A stretch of DNA of 42,610 bases from Alkalispirochaeta sp. (GTDB lineage Bacteria; Spirochaetota; Spirochaetia; DSM-27196; Alkalispirochaetaceae): contig JAWOCO010000383.1 in NCBI GenBank assembly GCA_046483765.1, positions 1 to 42,610 of the forward strand. Reading direction: 5' to 3'. A model generated the notes under the pieces. That model was not told the origin of the DNA. It ran no database searches and saw only the letters and a program-made list of their open reading frames with translations. Below, in pieces: positions 26,301-35,748 of the stretch (position 1 is the first letter of the stretch; each line of letters opens with the position of its first letter). A program made the translations under genes and the position numbers.

Positions 26301-27381
26301 TACCAGCAACCAGGTCAACGTCAGGATCGACACGCGACCGGTGGGTGGTTTTCTCCGCGTGTCTTCCGGAGCAATTTCACCTAACGGAAATGGCGTTGCC
26401 GATTCACTCGTGATTCAACCGGTGGTCCCCGACGTGGAGGGCCTACTCGATTGGGAAATTTCGGTGTATCCCGTCGGTTCAGACGATCAGCCGGTATTGG
26501 AACGCCAGGGCAGTGGTCCCGTGCTTCCGGAGCAGATCGAGTGGCCCGACGGTGCTGCGCCGGAGATCTCCGACGGTGACTATGAGGCGCGGCTGCGAGG
26601 CCACTATCGACACGGACCGGTTCTCGATATTACCTCTCCGGTGGTCTCCGTCGATACCACCGCTCCAGAGGTATCCGTCACGGTGGCTCCGCAACCGTTC
26701 TCCCCGGATGGTGATGGACGAGACGACACGGTGGCGTTTGATTTCTCGGTTGAGGATGTCTCTTCGATTGAGTACTGGATCTTAGAGATCTTCGACCCCA
26801 CGGGTGAGTTTTTCTATGACGTCGGTGGGCGCGGGTCGGTGCCGAGCCGCGTTGTCTGGGACGGGCGCGCCCGCAATGGAGAGCGTGTGGTATCCGCTGA
26901 GCAGTACCCCTGGCGTCTGGAGGTTGCGGATGAGCTGGGCAACATCACCGTGGTGGAAGATGAGCTCGCGGTGGATGTTCTGGTGGAGCCCTTCGAAGAC
27001 GGATATCGTATCCAGATACCCAGTATTACCTTTCCCGGAAACTCCGCGCAGTTGATCCTGGATCCTAGTGACCCCCGAGGAGAGCAGAACCGACAGGTTC
27101 TGGACCGGCTGGTGGAAATCCTGGGTCGGTTCCCGGAGTACTCGATCATGGTCGAGGGCCACGCCGTCAATCTGAGTGGGACCGAGCGCGAAGAGGAAGA
27201 GGAACTGGTACCGCTGTCGCGACGACGGGCGCAAGCGGTGCAGGAGGCGTTAATTGAGCGAGGTGTGGCGGCGCGGCTGTTGTCAGCCCGTGGCAGAGGT
27301 GGGAGGGCCCCACTGGTACCCCACGGTGACGAATTGAATCGCTGGAAAAACCGTCGAGTCGATTTCATTTTGCAGCGCTGA
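23347..27381 (+). CDS. Giant envelope protein: putative N-terminal beta-barrel, tandem FlgD-type Ig domains, C-terminal OmpA-like domain
   Basis: Signal peptide; repeated SP(N/D)G(D/N)G, WDG, DG.Y, D.AGN and VD..PP motifs; C-terminal LSRRRAQAV...NRRVDF. Confidence 0.85.
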   Translation: MFTPDRSPRIRILVSLLLVLSTPVFGESDPLSALQGSLWFPRGLGTALISPRLRAHPVGVLALPHLSSDTRIAVLGGSAGGVPGDGSVGGAFGLTVPGRRIVWTGAAGIAGDSEGTLGRGTLALARPLGARLAAGASVSLAVAGGDGDLAVGGGVDLGARYRLGALGDFSRVEAHAALLNIGNSVARDPYDGFNSPFTPLVGMRSRVVDGTDVDIDAAATLRLERFQSLWAGGAVNVRFSRGLNVAVGVDLPLDGRRIPVWPGVSLSFRIPTGTDRTDIAAAAQPTTDGSVLVSGDFLTSFPSSDVESPRLEVEMVSPVAQPVQRYGGSGETGSSAGEVGLSSVGLAPSAGQEQLVLRIFGEDNRAIGRLSAQAVSPSGEVLREWSFEPVGEPVIEGDMASRLTSDLAHRSFGSTVVWDIGDVPRDGRYRLQVVAEDAAGNQTRSAELGVVVDRTAPDISVEVAQDGADAAPDDETPIELDPDSPMTVRVFYDDAELVDVDVVDEANRPVFRLDAYPDMAGGDALEAEWAGQNAVGEPVRDGLYRFRVRGEDEYGNSVTTFSPEVLVRRASPVFRIGIDRATVSAQGDAPALQAIPELRPLPGLREWTIALVREDDLAPSDVVRSWSGIDLPPATLALSGTDFPVDGRYYLSGSARYANGRVVEERTSSFLVDRVPPEINIGLSDIALMPTDNRRLVVFVEGDGTAREGRLKLRGEDLPQEAGEEIVLQQFDRLPDEFEWSLVLPDGTFLEPGLYELWLEGEDRAGNVGRSPVRRFELVPRLEGAEITPQTTIFSPVAERGDATVAYALRGPADADRGEFTVTFQSGSATRRISGSLPLPSRLRWDGRDDQGVPFPDGEVAADLAITVPDRGEIAAAAEPIEIDTTPPEIFLERIGPEYVSPDGDGVQEQVRLRGEYGDAVRGSIVVRDDASGSVVRRISQPITPEVAGGSVMIDIEPRAADGSVLPDGEYLVEAEAVDAAGNRATSNQVNVRIDTRPVGGFLRVSSGAISPNGNGVADSLVIQPVVPDVEGLLDWEISVYPVGSDDQPVLERQGSGPVLPEQIEWPDGAAPEISDGDYEARLRGHYRHGPVLDITSPVVSVDTTAPEVSVTVAPQPFSPDGDGRDDTVAFDFSVEDVSSIEYWILEIFDPTGEFFYDVGGRGSVPSRVVWDGRARNGERVVSAEQYPWRLEVADELGNITVVEDELAVDVLVEPFEDGYRIQIPSITFPGNSAQLILDPSDPRGEQNRQVLDRLVEILGRFPEYSIMVEGHAVNLSGTEREEEEELVPLSRRRAQAVQEALIERGVAARLLSARGRGGRAPLVPHGDELNRWKNRRVDFILQR

Positions 27382-27383
27382 GC

Positions 27384-29150
27384 ATGAAAGTTTCTCGTGA
27401 GACCCTGCAGCAGATCCGTGAGAAAACAGACATGGTGGAACTGGTGAACAGTTACACGCACCTGGAACGGCGCGGAAACCGCTGGTGGGGACTGAGCCCC
27501 TTTAAACCGGAGAAGACGCCCTCCTTTTCGGTAAAGCCGGAAGATGGTTTTTACTACTGTTTCGCGACCAATCAGGGTGGCGATGTGTTTCGGTTCATTA
27601 GTGAAATGGAGGGGCTCACCTTTCCGGAGGCGGTGGAATACCTGGCGGAACGGGCCGGGATCACCGTCGAAACGGGGGGAGGCCCGTCTCCTGAAGACCA
27701 AGAGCGCAACGCATTGTTGGAACTGTACGATCGGGTTACCGGATCGTTTCACTATCTGCTGACCTCGGACTCCCGGGGAGAGGGGGCGTTGCAGTATGCG
27801 CGGGATCGGGGAATCACCGATGAGACGATCTCGGCGTTTCGACTGGGCTATGCGCCGGACAATGGACGCTGGTTGTTCCAGTTTTTACGGAGTAAGGCGT
27901 ACAGCGAGGATTTTCTTCGGAGAAGCGGCCTGTTTTCCAGCAAGGGAAACGGCTTTACCTTGTTCCGAAACCGGCTCATGTTTCCCATCGGTGACGAGCG
28001 GGAACGGATCGTGGCGTTTGGCGGCAGAGCGCTCAGCGAACAGGAGCGCGCCAAGTACATCAACAGTCCCGAAACTGTCATCTATGCCAAGAAGCGCACA
28101 CTGTACGGTCTGAATAACGCCCTCCCGGAACTCCGAAAAACGCGGCGGGCGTACATCGGCGAAGGCTACCTGGATGTGATCGCCATGCATCAGTCCGGCG
28201 TGTCGAACACGGTGGCGCCTTTGGGCACCGCCTTCACTGAGGAACAAGCAAAGCTCCTCAAGCGGTGGGTCGACGAGGTGGTGCTCGTGTTTGATGCCGA
28301 TTCGGCGGGACTGAATGCGTCGTTCAAGGCGGCGATCGTAGCAGAGCAGGCAGGCCTGGGCTGTTTTGCCGTGAAGGTGCCCTCAGGCAAGGATCCGGAC
28401 GATCTGTACCGGGAATCCGGGGCGCAGGCGGTTCAGGATATGGTTGCGGACCCGCAACCGGTGTTCGATTTTATGCTCGCGGCCCTTTCCGATACGTTGC
28501 GCAGTGATACGGGTATAAACAGGGAGTTGCTGTTGCAAAGGATTTTCCCGTATATTACTATCATTAGTTCCGAGGTGCGCCGAGAAGGGGCTATCGATGC
28601 GCTCAGTGACCTTCTGGGTGTATCTTCCCACGCTGTGCAAGCGGACTTTGAACGATGGCGGAGAGGAGAGCAGCCACAGCGAGTAGAACAGAGGCCGACC
28701 GATCACACACACAGTACAATAGGTCGCGACGTTGCGCTCATGCTCGCCACCGCGCAGGATGGCGGGCTGTTTGCGTATTTGCGGTCGCGTTTGAGTTCTG
28801 ATCAGTTACAGGATCGGCTTGCGCGGCATCTGTTCCTACTTATGGAAGATGCGTACCGCCATGATGAGCCGCTTCCCCGCGGTTTAATCGACCGGCTTAC
28901 TGATGAATCGGTTCGTAATCGTGTTCTGGAACGGCTCACATCCGGCGAATTTACCGGATGGAAACAGCAAGATGTCGATCGGGCGGTGAAATTGATTCGA
29001 ATTCGGGCGTTGGAGGCGGAAGCGCATCAGGTTGAAGTGGAATTGCGGCGGTTGTCGGACTCCGATGGGCGGACGCTACGGGAATTGCTTGAGAAGAAAA
29101 TGGCGATTGATCAAGAACTCGGGAATCTGAAGGTGAGGGCTGATGACTGA
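27384..29150 (+). CDS. dnaG: DNA primase
   Basis: [51 protein letters not shown]. Confidence 0.97.
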   Translation: MKVSRETLQQIREKTDMVELVNSYTHLERRGNRWWGLSPFKPEKTPSFSVKPEDGFYYCFATNQGGDVFRFISEMEGLTFPEAVEYLAERAGITVETGGGPSPEDQERNALLELYDRVTGSFHYLLTSDSRGEGALQYARDRGITDETISAFRLGYAPDNGRWLFQFLRSKAYSEDFLRRSGLFSSKGNGFTLFRNRLMFPIGDERERIVAFGGRALSEQERAKYINSPETVIYAKKRTLYGLNNALPELRKTRRAYIGEGYLDVIAMHQSGVSNTVAPLGTAFTEEQAKLLKRWVDEVVLVFDADSAGLNASFKAAIVAEQAGLGCFAVKVPSGKDPDDLYRESGAQAVQDMVADPQPVFDFMLAALSDTLRSDTGINRELLLQRIFPYITIISSEVRREGAIDALSDLLGVSSHAVQADFERWRRGEQPQRVEQRPTDHTHSTIGRDVALMLATAQDGGLFAYLRSRLSSDQLQDRLARHLFLLMEDAYRHDEPLPRGLIDRLTDESVRNRVLERLTSGEFTGWKQQDVDRAVKLIRIRALEAEAHQVEVELRRLSDSDGRTLRELLEKKMAIDQELGNLKVRADD

Positions 29151-30966
29151 TTTGCAGAATGATCCTGCAATCGCGCGACTAATAGATTATGCAAAATCGA
29201 AGACGACAATTAGCTATGATGAGCTTCAGGATTTTTTGCCGGAAGCGATTGTCAATTCGAACCAGATCGAGGACGTCCTGAGCCTCCTGGCCAAACACAA
29301 CGTGGTTCTCGAAGAAGCCAGCGACGATGACACGGAGGATTCTGATCGCCGTAACGAAGACGGTGAGATCGAAGATTCCGATGACTCGGACGACAGTGAA
29401 GGTGAGGATTCCGCCCCCGGACAGGTGCCGGAAGCGGTTGCCGCACTTGCCGCTGATCGGACGAAACGGGTAATTGTTGGTGATAAAGAGGCTGCGGTAG
29501 ACGATCCGATTCGTCTGTACCTGCGAGAGATCGGAAAAGAGAACCTCCTCACTGCCGAACAGGAAGTAGAGCTCTCGAAGCAGATGGAAGAGGGCGAGTA
29601 CATCATCAAGGATGTGATCCGGGGCAGCGGCATGGTTATTCCGGAGTTCTCGGACCTGGCGGAACGGACATTTCGCAAGGAGGATCCGAGGGAACTTGGG
29701 CTTTCCAAGAAAGAGATCTCCGAGTACCTTGCGGAGCGGCGCCGTCTGAACCAGTTCTACCGAGAGTCCCTGAAGGAATTGCTTCCCGATCTGCGCTCCT
29801 ATATGGATCAGAAGCTCCGGACCTACGAGAAGGGCATCGACATCTTGGAAGACAAGCCGCTTGCGCAGAAGCGGACTAAATTGCTCGCCAAACTGAATGA
29901 GGTCGATCTCCACCAGGATGAAATCCTTCGCTTTAGTGAGCGGTTTTCACGTGCTGCCAAACAGATACATCGGCATCGGGACGAACAGAGTCGCGTTGAG
30001 AAACGCTTGCGCGTCTCCAGTCTGCGCGAGCTGCGGGTGTTGGGACGCGGCCTGGCCGTGGGGTCCCGCCGCGAAGAGATCGAAGAGAGTCTTGGCTTAT
30101 CGGCAGATCAGATCAAAGAGAAAATTCGCCACATCCAGGTCACGGAAAAGAAGTTACGCGAACTGGAATACCGATTCGAGAACACGATTGATGATATCCT
30201 CGACATGTCCGGGGAGATTGAACGCGGCCGCGTGATGATGCAGACCGCCAAGGATCGCCTCATTCAGGCGAACCTGAGATTGGTTGTCAGTATTGCAAAA
30301 AAGTATACCAATCGTGGCTTGCATTTCTTTGATCTGGTGCAGGAAGGTAATATCGGCCTCATTAAGGCGGTTGAAAAATTTGAGTATCGCAAAGGGTACA
30401 AGTTTTCGACGTACGCTACCTGGTGGATCCGGCAGGCGATCACGCGCTCGATTTCCGATCAAGCCCGGACGATTCGTGTGCCGGTACATATGATCGAACA
30501 GATCAATAAGGTAGTGCGCGAATCGCGGCAGCTTATGCAGGTGTTGGGGCGCGAGCCCAGCGACGAAGAGGTCGCCGAGCGTCTCGGATGGAACGTAGCC
30601 CGCGTGAAATCGGTAAAGAGCGTGGCTCGCGAGCCGATCTCTTTAGAGACACCTATTGGTGAAGAAGAAGACTCGTTGTTGGGTGACTTCATCGAAGATA
30701 AGGAAGTAGAAAACCCGGCGCATCAAACTGCGTTTACCCTGCTGCAGGAGCAGCTCAGGAGTGTGCTCGACACCCTGCCGCCGCGGGAGCAGGAAGTATT
30801 GAAAATGAGATTCGGATTGGAAGACGGCTACTCCCTGACTCTTGAGGAAGTGGGGCTCTATTTCAACGTCACCCGTGAGCGTATCCGGCAGATTGAAGCA
30901 AAGGCGTTGCGTAGGTTGCGTCATCCAAAGCGGAGCCGACGGCTCAAAGATTATCTCGATAGCTGA
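29143..30966 (+). CDS. rpoD: Primary sigma factor RpoD
   Basis: [54 protein letters not shown]. Confidence 0.98.
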   Translation: MTDLQNDPAIARLIDYAKSKTTISYDELQDFLPEAIVNSNQIEDVLSLLAKHNVVLEEASDDDTEDSDRRNEDGEIEDSDDSDDSEGEDSAPGQVPEAVAALAADRTKRVIVGDKEAAVDDPIRLYLREIGKENLLTAEQEVELSKQMEEGEYIIKDVIRGSGMVIPEFSDLAERTFRKEDPRELGLSKKEISEYLAERRRLNQFYRESLKELLPDLRSYMDQKLRTYEKGIDILEDKPLAQKRTKLLAKLNEVDLHQDEILRFSERFSRAAKQIHRHRDEQSRVEKRLRVSSLRELRVLGRGLAVGSRREEIEESLGLSADQIKEKIRHIQVTEKKLRELEYRFENTIDDILDMSGEIERGRVMMQTAKDRLIQANLRLVVSIAKKYTNRGLHFFDLVQEGNIGLIKAVEKFEYRKGYKFSTYATWWIRQAITRSISDQARTIRVPVHMIEQINKVVRESRQLMQVLGREPSDEEVAERLGWNVARVKSVKSVAREPISLETPIGEEEDSLLGDFIEDKEVENPAHQTAFTLLQEQLRSVLDTLPPREQEVLKMRFGLEDGYSLTLEEVGLYFNVTRERIRQIEAKALRRLRHPKRSRRLKDYLDS

Positions 30967-30982
30967 GAGGTACTGTAATACG

Positions 30983-31978
30983 ATGATTCAGGACACAATT
31001 GAAAAGCTGAAGGTTCTCCAGGACATTCTCTCCGATAAATTCACCATTCAGCGTGAAATCGAAGAGCTTCCGCGGACGTTGGCCACCAAGAAAGAACTGG
31101 TGAGCCGCCTAAAGAAATCGTTCGTTGAGAAGAACGAGAAGTACGAGGAAACCCGGAAACGGGTGGCCGAGTTGCGGGTTCGTCTCCAGGAGGCGGAATC
31201 GGACCGGGAGAAGTACGAATCGCAAATGGACCAGATCACCACGGCCCGTGAGTATGATGCGCTGGAAAAAGAGATCCGCGATGCCTCCGAGCGAGAACAG
31301 CAGTTCCGACGAGAGCTCCAACGGGAAGAAAAGGATCTCGAGGAACAGCGGCAGCGCCTGGAGCGGGAAGAGGCGATGATTAAGTCTCAGGAAGAAGAGC
31401 TCGAGGAAGAGCGGGCCAAGATCGACAGCGAAACCAGCGAGCGTAGGAACCGCCTGGACGAGCTGGAGGAGCGGGAGCAGGAGACGGTGCCCGGCTTGGA
31501 CGAAGAGTTGTTGTTCAAGTTTGAGCGGATTATTCGGAGCAAAGAGGGCGAAGGAATCGTGCCGATTCGCAACGGCGTGTGTACCGGCTGCCAGATGATC
31601 CTGCCGAACCAGTTTGTCAATGACGTGCGAGCCGCTGAACATATTCTGTTCTGCCCCTACTGCTCCAAGGTTGTCTTCTATGCCGAGGATGACGTCGATG
31701 CGGATGAAGTTGGCTTTTCCGATTCCGATGAGGAAGGTCTGGCGGATCTCGTTGATGCTGATTTTGATGAAGATCTCTTCGAAGAAGAGGCGTTGATCGG
31801 CCTTACCGACGAAGATGAAATGACCCCTGAAGAGCAGGCTGAAATCTCCGGCGATGACGACGAAGATGATTCCGAAGAGGACGAGGAAGTCATCGACGAA
31901 GATGACAGCGACGATTCCCTCGGTGATGAAGAAGAGTCTGACTACAGTGACGGTGACGAGGAAGAATTGGAAGATTGA
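30983..31978 (+). CDS. Coiled-coil/C4 zinc-ribbon protein (CT398/HP0958-like) with acidic tail
   Basis: REYDALEKEI coiled coil, CTGC...CPYC, long D/E-rich C-terminus. Confidence 0.88.
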   Translation: MIQDTIEKLKVLQDILSDKFTIQREIEELPRTLATKKELVSRLKKSFVEKNEKYEETRKRVAELRVRLQEAESDREKYESQMDQITTAREYDALEKEIRDASEREQQFRRELQREEKDLEEQRQRLEREEAMIKSQEEELEEERAKIDSETSERRNRLDELEEREQETVPGLDEELLFKFERIIRSKEGEGIVPIRNGVCTGCQMILPNQFVNDVRAAEHILFCPYCSKVVFYAEDDVDADEVGFSDSDEEGLADLVDADFDEDLFEEEALIGLTDEDEMTPEEQAEISGDDDEDDSEEDEEVIDEDDSDDSLGDEEESDYSDGDEEELED

Positions 31979-32010
31979 TCGTGGGATGACATAGGGCAGG
32001 CACGAGCACG

Positions 32011-32363
32011 GAGGAGTCTGGTTACCGCTTTGCCCCTGCGGCGGAGAGGAAAGTCCGGACTCCGGAGAGCGCGGTACCGGGTAACGCCCGGCTGCAGGCA
32101 TGTATGTGCCTGCACGAGACAGTGCCACAGAAACCAGACCGCCGGCGGCACCTGAGGTGCGGTCGGTAAGGGTGAAACGGTGGGGTAAGAGCCCACCGGC
32201 TCGTCGGTAACGGCGGGCGTCATGGTAAACCTTGCCGGGAGCAAAACCAAGCAGCAGAGGGGTTGCTCGCCCTTATCTCTGCGGGTAGGTTGCTGGAGCC
32301 GGTTGGAAACAGGCGGTGTAGATAGATGGTGACCCAAGACAGAATCCGGCTTATCGGCTCCTC
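32011..32363 (+). ncRNA. rnpB: RNase P RNA, bacterial type A
   Basis: GAGGAAAGTCCGG, AGTGCCACAGAAA, GGGTGAAACGGTGGGGTAAGAGCCCACC, GGTAAAC, ACAGAATCCGGCTTA; P1 GAGGAGTC/GGCTCCTC. Confidence 0.96.
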
Positions 32364-32381
32364 TTTGCGCGCGTCCGCCCT

Positions 32382-33329
32382 ATGAAGATTCCTGAATCGA
32401 GGTTTTCGAGCCCCCGGCGGTCCGGGATGCGACGTCTGGTGATCGTGGTGGCGGTCGCAATTGGTGCCGGAGCACTGGTGGCGGGGGTAATCTTACTGGT
32501 TCGTTTCAGAGCACCCATTTTCGCGATCGGTCAGACGGAGCGTCCTCAGGATGCGATCGAGTTGTGGAACGAACAACAGTATTCCCAAGTCGTCACGGTC
32601 ACCACTGACCAATTGGCCCAATACCCGTTAGACCCGACAGCTCTCAGTCTCCGCGGCTTCTCTCGCTTTTACCTTGCGATGCAGGAAGTGGAAGGTGAGC
32701 GGCGAGACCGGTATCTGGAAGATTCGGTGCGCGACCTTCGGAGGGTCCTCCTGGTACCGGACGTGGAACTTGCCCCACAGATCTACTACATTCTGGGAAA
32801 GGCGTCGTTTCAGCGGGGTGAGTTCTTCTATGATACTGCCATTGAGGCCCTGGAGCGCGCCCGCGGCTTGGGTGTGGAGCGCCTGGATCTTGTAGAGTAC
32901 CTGGCGATAGCCTCCCGTGATGTGGGGCGCGTGCCGGAGGCGATCGAGTACTTTCGTGAAGCTATTGAGGTGGGAGATGAGGACGTGCATCGCGTTGTCC
33001 TGGCGGACCTTCTGATCGAGGAACAGCAGTATGACGCGGCCAATGAGCTCCTCCGCGCGGTTGTGCGGCGCAGCGAAGACACTACCGTTGTACAGGATGC
33101 TCTGCTATCCTTAGGTGAGTCGCTGCGGAGTCAGGAACGCTTCGATGAAGCACTTCAGGCATACGACGACACGCTGGAGATAAATGATTCCTCAGCTGAG
33201 GCGCATTACGGAATCGGTGAAGTATATCTGGCACAAGGTGAACCGGATCGTGCCCGCTTTGAATGGCGTGAGGCGGTCCGGCTCAATCCGAACCATATTG
33301 AATCTTTGCAGCGTTTACAGGAATATTAG
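32382..33329 (+). CDS. Membrane-anchored TPR protein
   Basis: N-terminal TM and multiple TPRs (AEAHYGIGEVYLAQG...AVRLNP). Confidence 0.88.
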   Translation: MKIPESRFSSPRRSGMRRLVIVVAVAIGAGALVAGVILLVRFRAPIFAIGQTERPQDAIELWNEQQYSQVVTVTTDQLAQYPLDPTALSLRGFSRFYLAMQEVEGERRDRYLEDSVRDLRRVLLVPDVELAPQIYYILGKASFQRGEFFYDTAIEALERARGLGVERLDLVEYLAIASRDVGRVPEAIEYFREAIEVGDEDVHRVVLADLLIEEQQYDAANELLRAVVRRSEDTTVVQDALLSLGESLRSQERFDEALQAYDDTLEINDSSAEAHYGIGEVYLAQGEPDRARFEWREAVRLNPNHIESLQRLQEY

Positions 33330-33356
33330 ACCGAGTACCTGGGAGGGACACACTAC

Positions 33357-34394
33357 ATGGGCGGAACATCGTTTTTGAGCGCCTTTTCATCGGATATTGG
33401 CATTGATCTGGGGACCTGCAACACCCTCGTCTACATTCGGGGAAAGGGAATCGTTGCCAGTGAGCCATCGGTGGTTGCGGTGGAACGAGGGACAAAGAAA
33501 GTCGTAGCCGTGGGAGAAGAGGCGAAACGAATGCTCTGGAAGACTCCAGGGGATATTATCGCGATTCGTCCGCTGCGAGACGGCGTTATTGCTGACCTGG
33601 AAACTACCGAAAAGATGATTCGATACTTCATTTCGAAAGTGCTCCAGCGACGCTGGTTTGTAAAACCGCGCATGGTCATCGGCGTTCCTTCGTGCATTAC
33701 CGACGTGGAGAAACGGGCGGTGATCGAGAGCGCGGAGAAAGCCGGAGCCCGGGAGGTTCGCGTTATCGAGGAGTCTCTGGCCGCGGCGATCGGAGCGAAC
33801 ATTCCCATTTTCGAGCCTGCAGGCCATATGGTGTGTGATATCGGCGGAGGAACCAGTGAAATTTCGGTGATCTCGCTGGGAGGTATGGTGGTGACCAACG
33901 CCATCCGCCTCGGAGGTGACGAGTTTGATGAGGCGATCATTAAGCACGTACGTACGGTGCACAACCTGATTGTCGGTGAAGGGACGGCGGAAGAACTCAA
34001 GAAGCGCATCGGAAACGCCACTGCCGACAAAAAGATCGAAAAGATGGAAGTGAAAGGGACCGACGCCATTACCGGTCTGCCTCGGCGCCTCGAAATCGAT
34101 AGTGTCGAAGTACGGGACGCCTTGCAGGAGCCGATCACCGCGATCATTGAGGAGATCAAACGTACGCTCGGTCAGACGCCGCCGGAATTGGCGGCGGATA
34201 TCGTAGAGCGCGGAATCGTGCTCACCGGCGGGGGCTCACTCCTGAAAGGACTGGACACGCTTATTGCCAATGAGACCGGTGTGCCGGTATTCCTCGCCGA
34301 AGACCCCATGAACTGCGTAGCGCTCGGTGCCGGCATGTACTTCGAATATGAAAAGGGCATCCGTCACGAAAACAACATCTACAAAAACCTGTAA
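33357..34394 (+). CDS. mreB: Rod shape-determining actin homologue MreB
   Basis: [30 protein letters not shown]. Confidence 0.98.
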   Translation: MGGTSFLSAFSSDIGIDLGTCNTLVYIRGKGIVASEPSVVAVERGTKKVVAVGEEAKRMLWKTPGDIIAIRPLRDGVIADLETTEKMIRYFISKVLQRRWFVKPRMVIGVPSCITDVEKRAVIESAEKAGAREVRVIEESLAAAIGANIPIFEPAGHMVCDIGGGTSEISVISLGGMVVTNAIRLGGDEFDEAIIKHVRTVHNLIVGEGTAEELKKRIGNATADKKIEKMEVKGTDAITGLPRRLEIDSVEVRDALQEPITAIIEEIKRTLGQTPPELAADIVERGIVLTGGGSLLKGLDTLIANETGVPVFLAEDPMNCVALGAGMYFEYEKGIRHENNIYKNL

Positions 34395-34397
34395 CGC

Positions 34398-35246
34398 ATG
34401 ACTGCACGACGGCGAACCCTCCTGACGACGGTTGCGCTGATCCTGGTGGGGACGATTACGGCACTGACCGGAGGGTCCTCAGGGCGTGTGCGGCCTGATG
34501 AGGCGGTGCGAGGCGTTTTTGCGGGGCTCCAACAGGGTCTCGCCGCTGCCGGGCAGTCGGTGGGGAATACGGTCCGCTCGGTTGGTGAGCTTCGTCGTCT
34601 CCGAGCGGACTACGAGGCGCTCCTGGATGATCTGGAACAGTACGAGCGCCTCGAGGGTACCGTGGGCGCGTTGGAGCGAGAAAATGACCGTCTCCGGGAA
34701 CAGCTGGAATTTGCCGCCCGCACCGACGAATCCGCCCTGGCTGCACAGATCATAGCCCGAGAGAGTTCAACCGGATTCTTTTCCTCATTCACGATCAATC
34801 GCGGTGAACGGCATGGGGTAGAAGTCAATCAGGCGGTCATCGCCTTTGTTGGTGGCGAAGAGGGTCTCGTGGGGAGAGTGGACGAAGTATCCGGAGGCAC
34901 CGCCGTGATCGTTCCGGTATTTGCTCCCGGCTCCTATATCGGTGCGCGTCTGGAGCGTTCCCGTCATGTGGGTCTGCTGCAGGGTTCAGGGGTCGCCGCC
35001 GACGCGTTGGCGATGCAATACGTTCCACGAGATGCGCGCAACGAGATCAGATATGGAGACCTGGTCATTACTTCCGGACTCAATTCGATCTTTCCACCGG
35101 AAATTCCGATCGGTCGGGTACTGCGGGTCTCCGCCCCGTCCTGGGACACGTCCTTGGTAATTGAGGTAGAGCCGGTCGTCGATTTTTCACGTCTCGAATA
35201 TGTCTTCGTCTTAAACGCCGGCGGAGGCCGGCGGGGAACTCCTTAG
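34398..35246 (+). CDS. mreC: Rod shape-determining protein MreC
   Basis: TM, coiled coil ENDRLREQL, GLVGRV, GDLVITSGL..FP..IPIG. Confidence 0.95.
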   Translation: MTARRRTLLTTVALILVGTITALTGGSSGRVRPDEAVRGVFAGLQQGLAAAGQSVGNTVRSVGELRRLRADYEALLDDLEQYERLEGTVGALERENDRLREQLEFAARTDESALAAQIIARESSTGFFSSFTINRGERHGVEVNQAVIAFVGGEEGLVGRVDEVSGGTAVIVPVFAPGSYIGARLERSRHVGLLQGSGVAADALAMQYVPRDARNEIRYGDLVITSGLNSIFPPEIPIGRVLRVSAPSWDTSLVIEVEPVVDFSRLEYVFVLNAGGGRRGTP

Positions 35247-35247
35247 T

Positions 35248-35748
35248 ATGGTTTCACTTGTACTTGGCGGTATTGCGGCACTGTTTGCGCTCCTCCAGAC
35301 CACATGGTTCGCCGGTTGGACGCTGGCCGGAGCCCGTCCAGATGTGGTGCTCATTGTGCTTACCGTCTCTGCCCACCACACCGGTGTTCAGCGGGGTCAG
35401 ATTTCCGGATTCTTGGTGGGAGTGGTTGAAGACATTCTGAGTATCGCGCCGCTGGGGTTTCATGCGGTGCTGCGTCTGGTCCATGCGGCGGTAGTGGGGC
35501 TCTCCAGCGGGGCGGTGCAGGCAGATACCCTGCTTACCCCGATGCTGCTCGTGGGGCTTGCCACCATTATTAAACAGATAACCGCGGCGGTGTTCTCACA
35601 ACTGATCGGAGCGGAAGAGATCGTTTCTGCGGTCTTTTCGATGCCCACCGCAGTAGAGCTCGGGCTTAACGTTCTCATTGCGCCGCTCGGCTTTTGGTTG
35701 TTAAAGCCGGTGATCCGGCGCTTCTCCCGGACCGGTGGGTTTTCATGA
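35248..35748 (+). CDS. mreD: Rod shape-determining protein MreD
   Basis: Hydrophobic; PDVVLI, GFLVGVVEDILS..PLG. Confidence 0.92.
   Translation: MVSLVLGGIAALFALLQTTWFAGWTLAGARPDVVLIVLTVSAHHTGVQRGQISGFLVGVVEDILSIAPLGFHAVLRLVHAAVVGLSSGAVQADTLLTPMLLVGLATIIKQITAAVFSQLIGAEEIVSAVFSMPTAVELGLNVLIAPLGFWLLKPVIRRFSRTGGFS

Noticed and set aside
31942-32337. 131-aa minus-strand ORF
   Set aside because: It is antisense to the RNase P RNA and is a shadow ORF.
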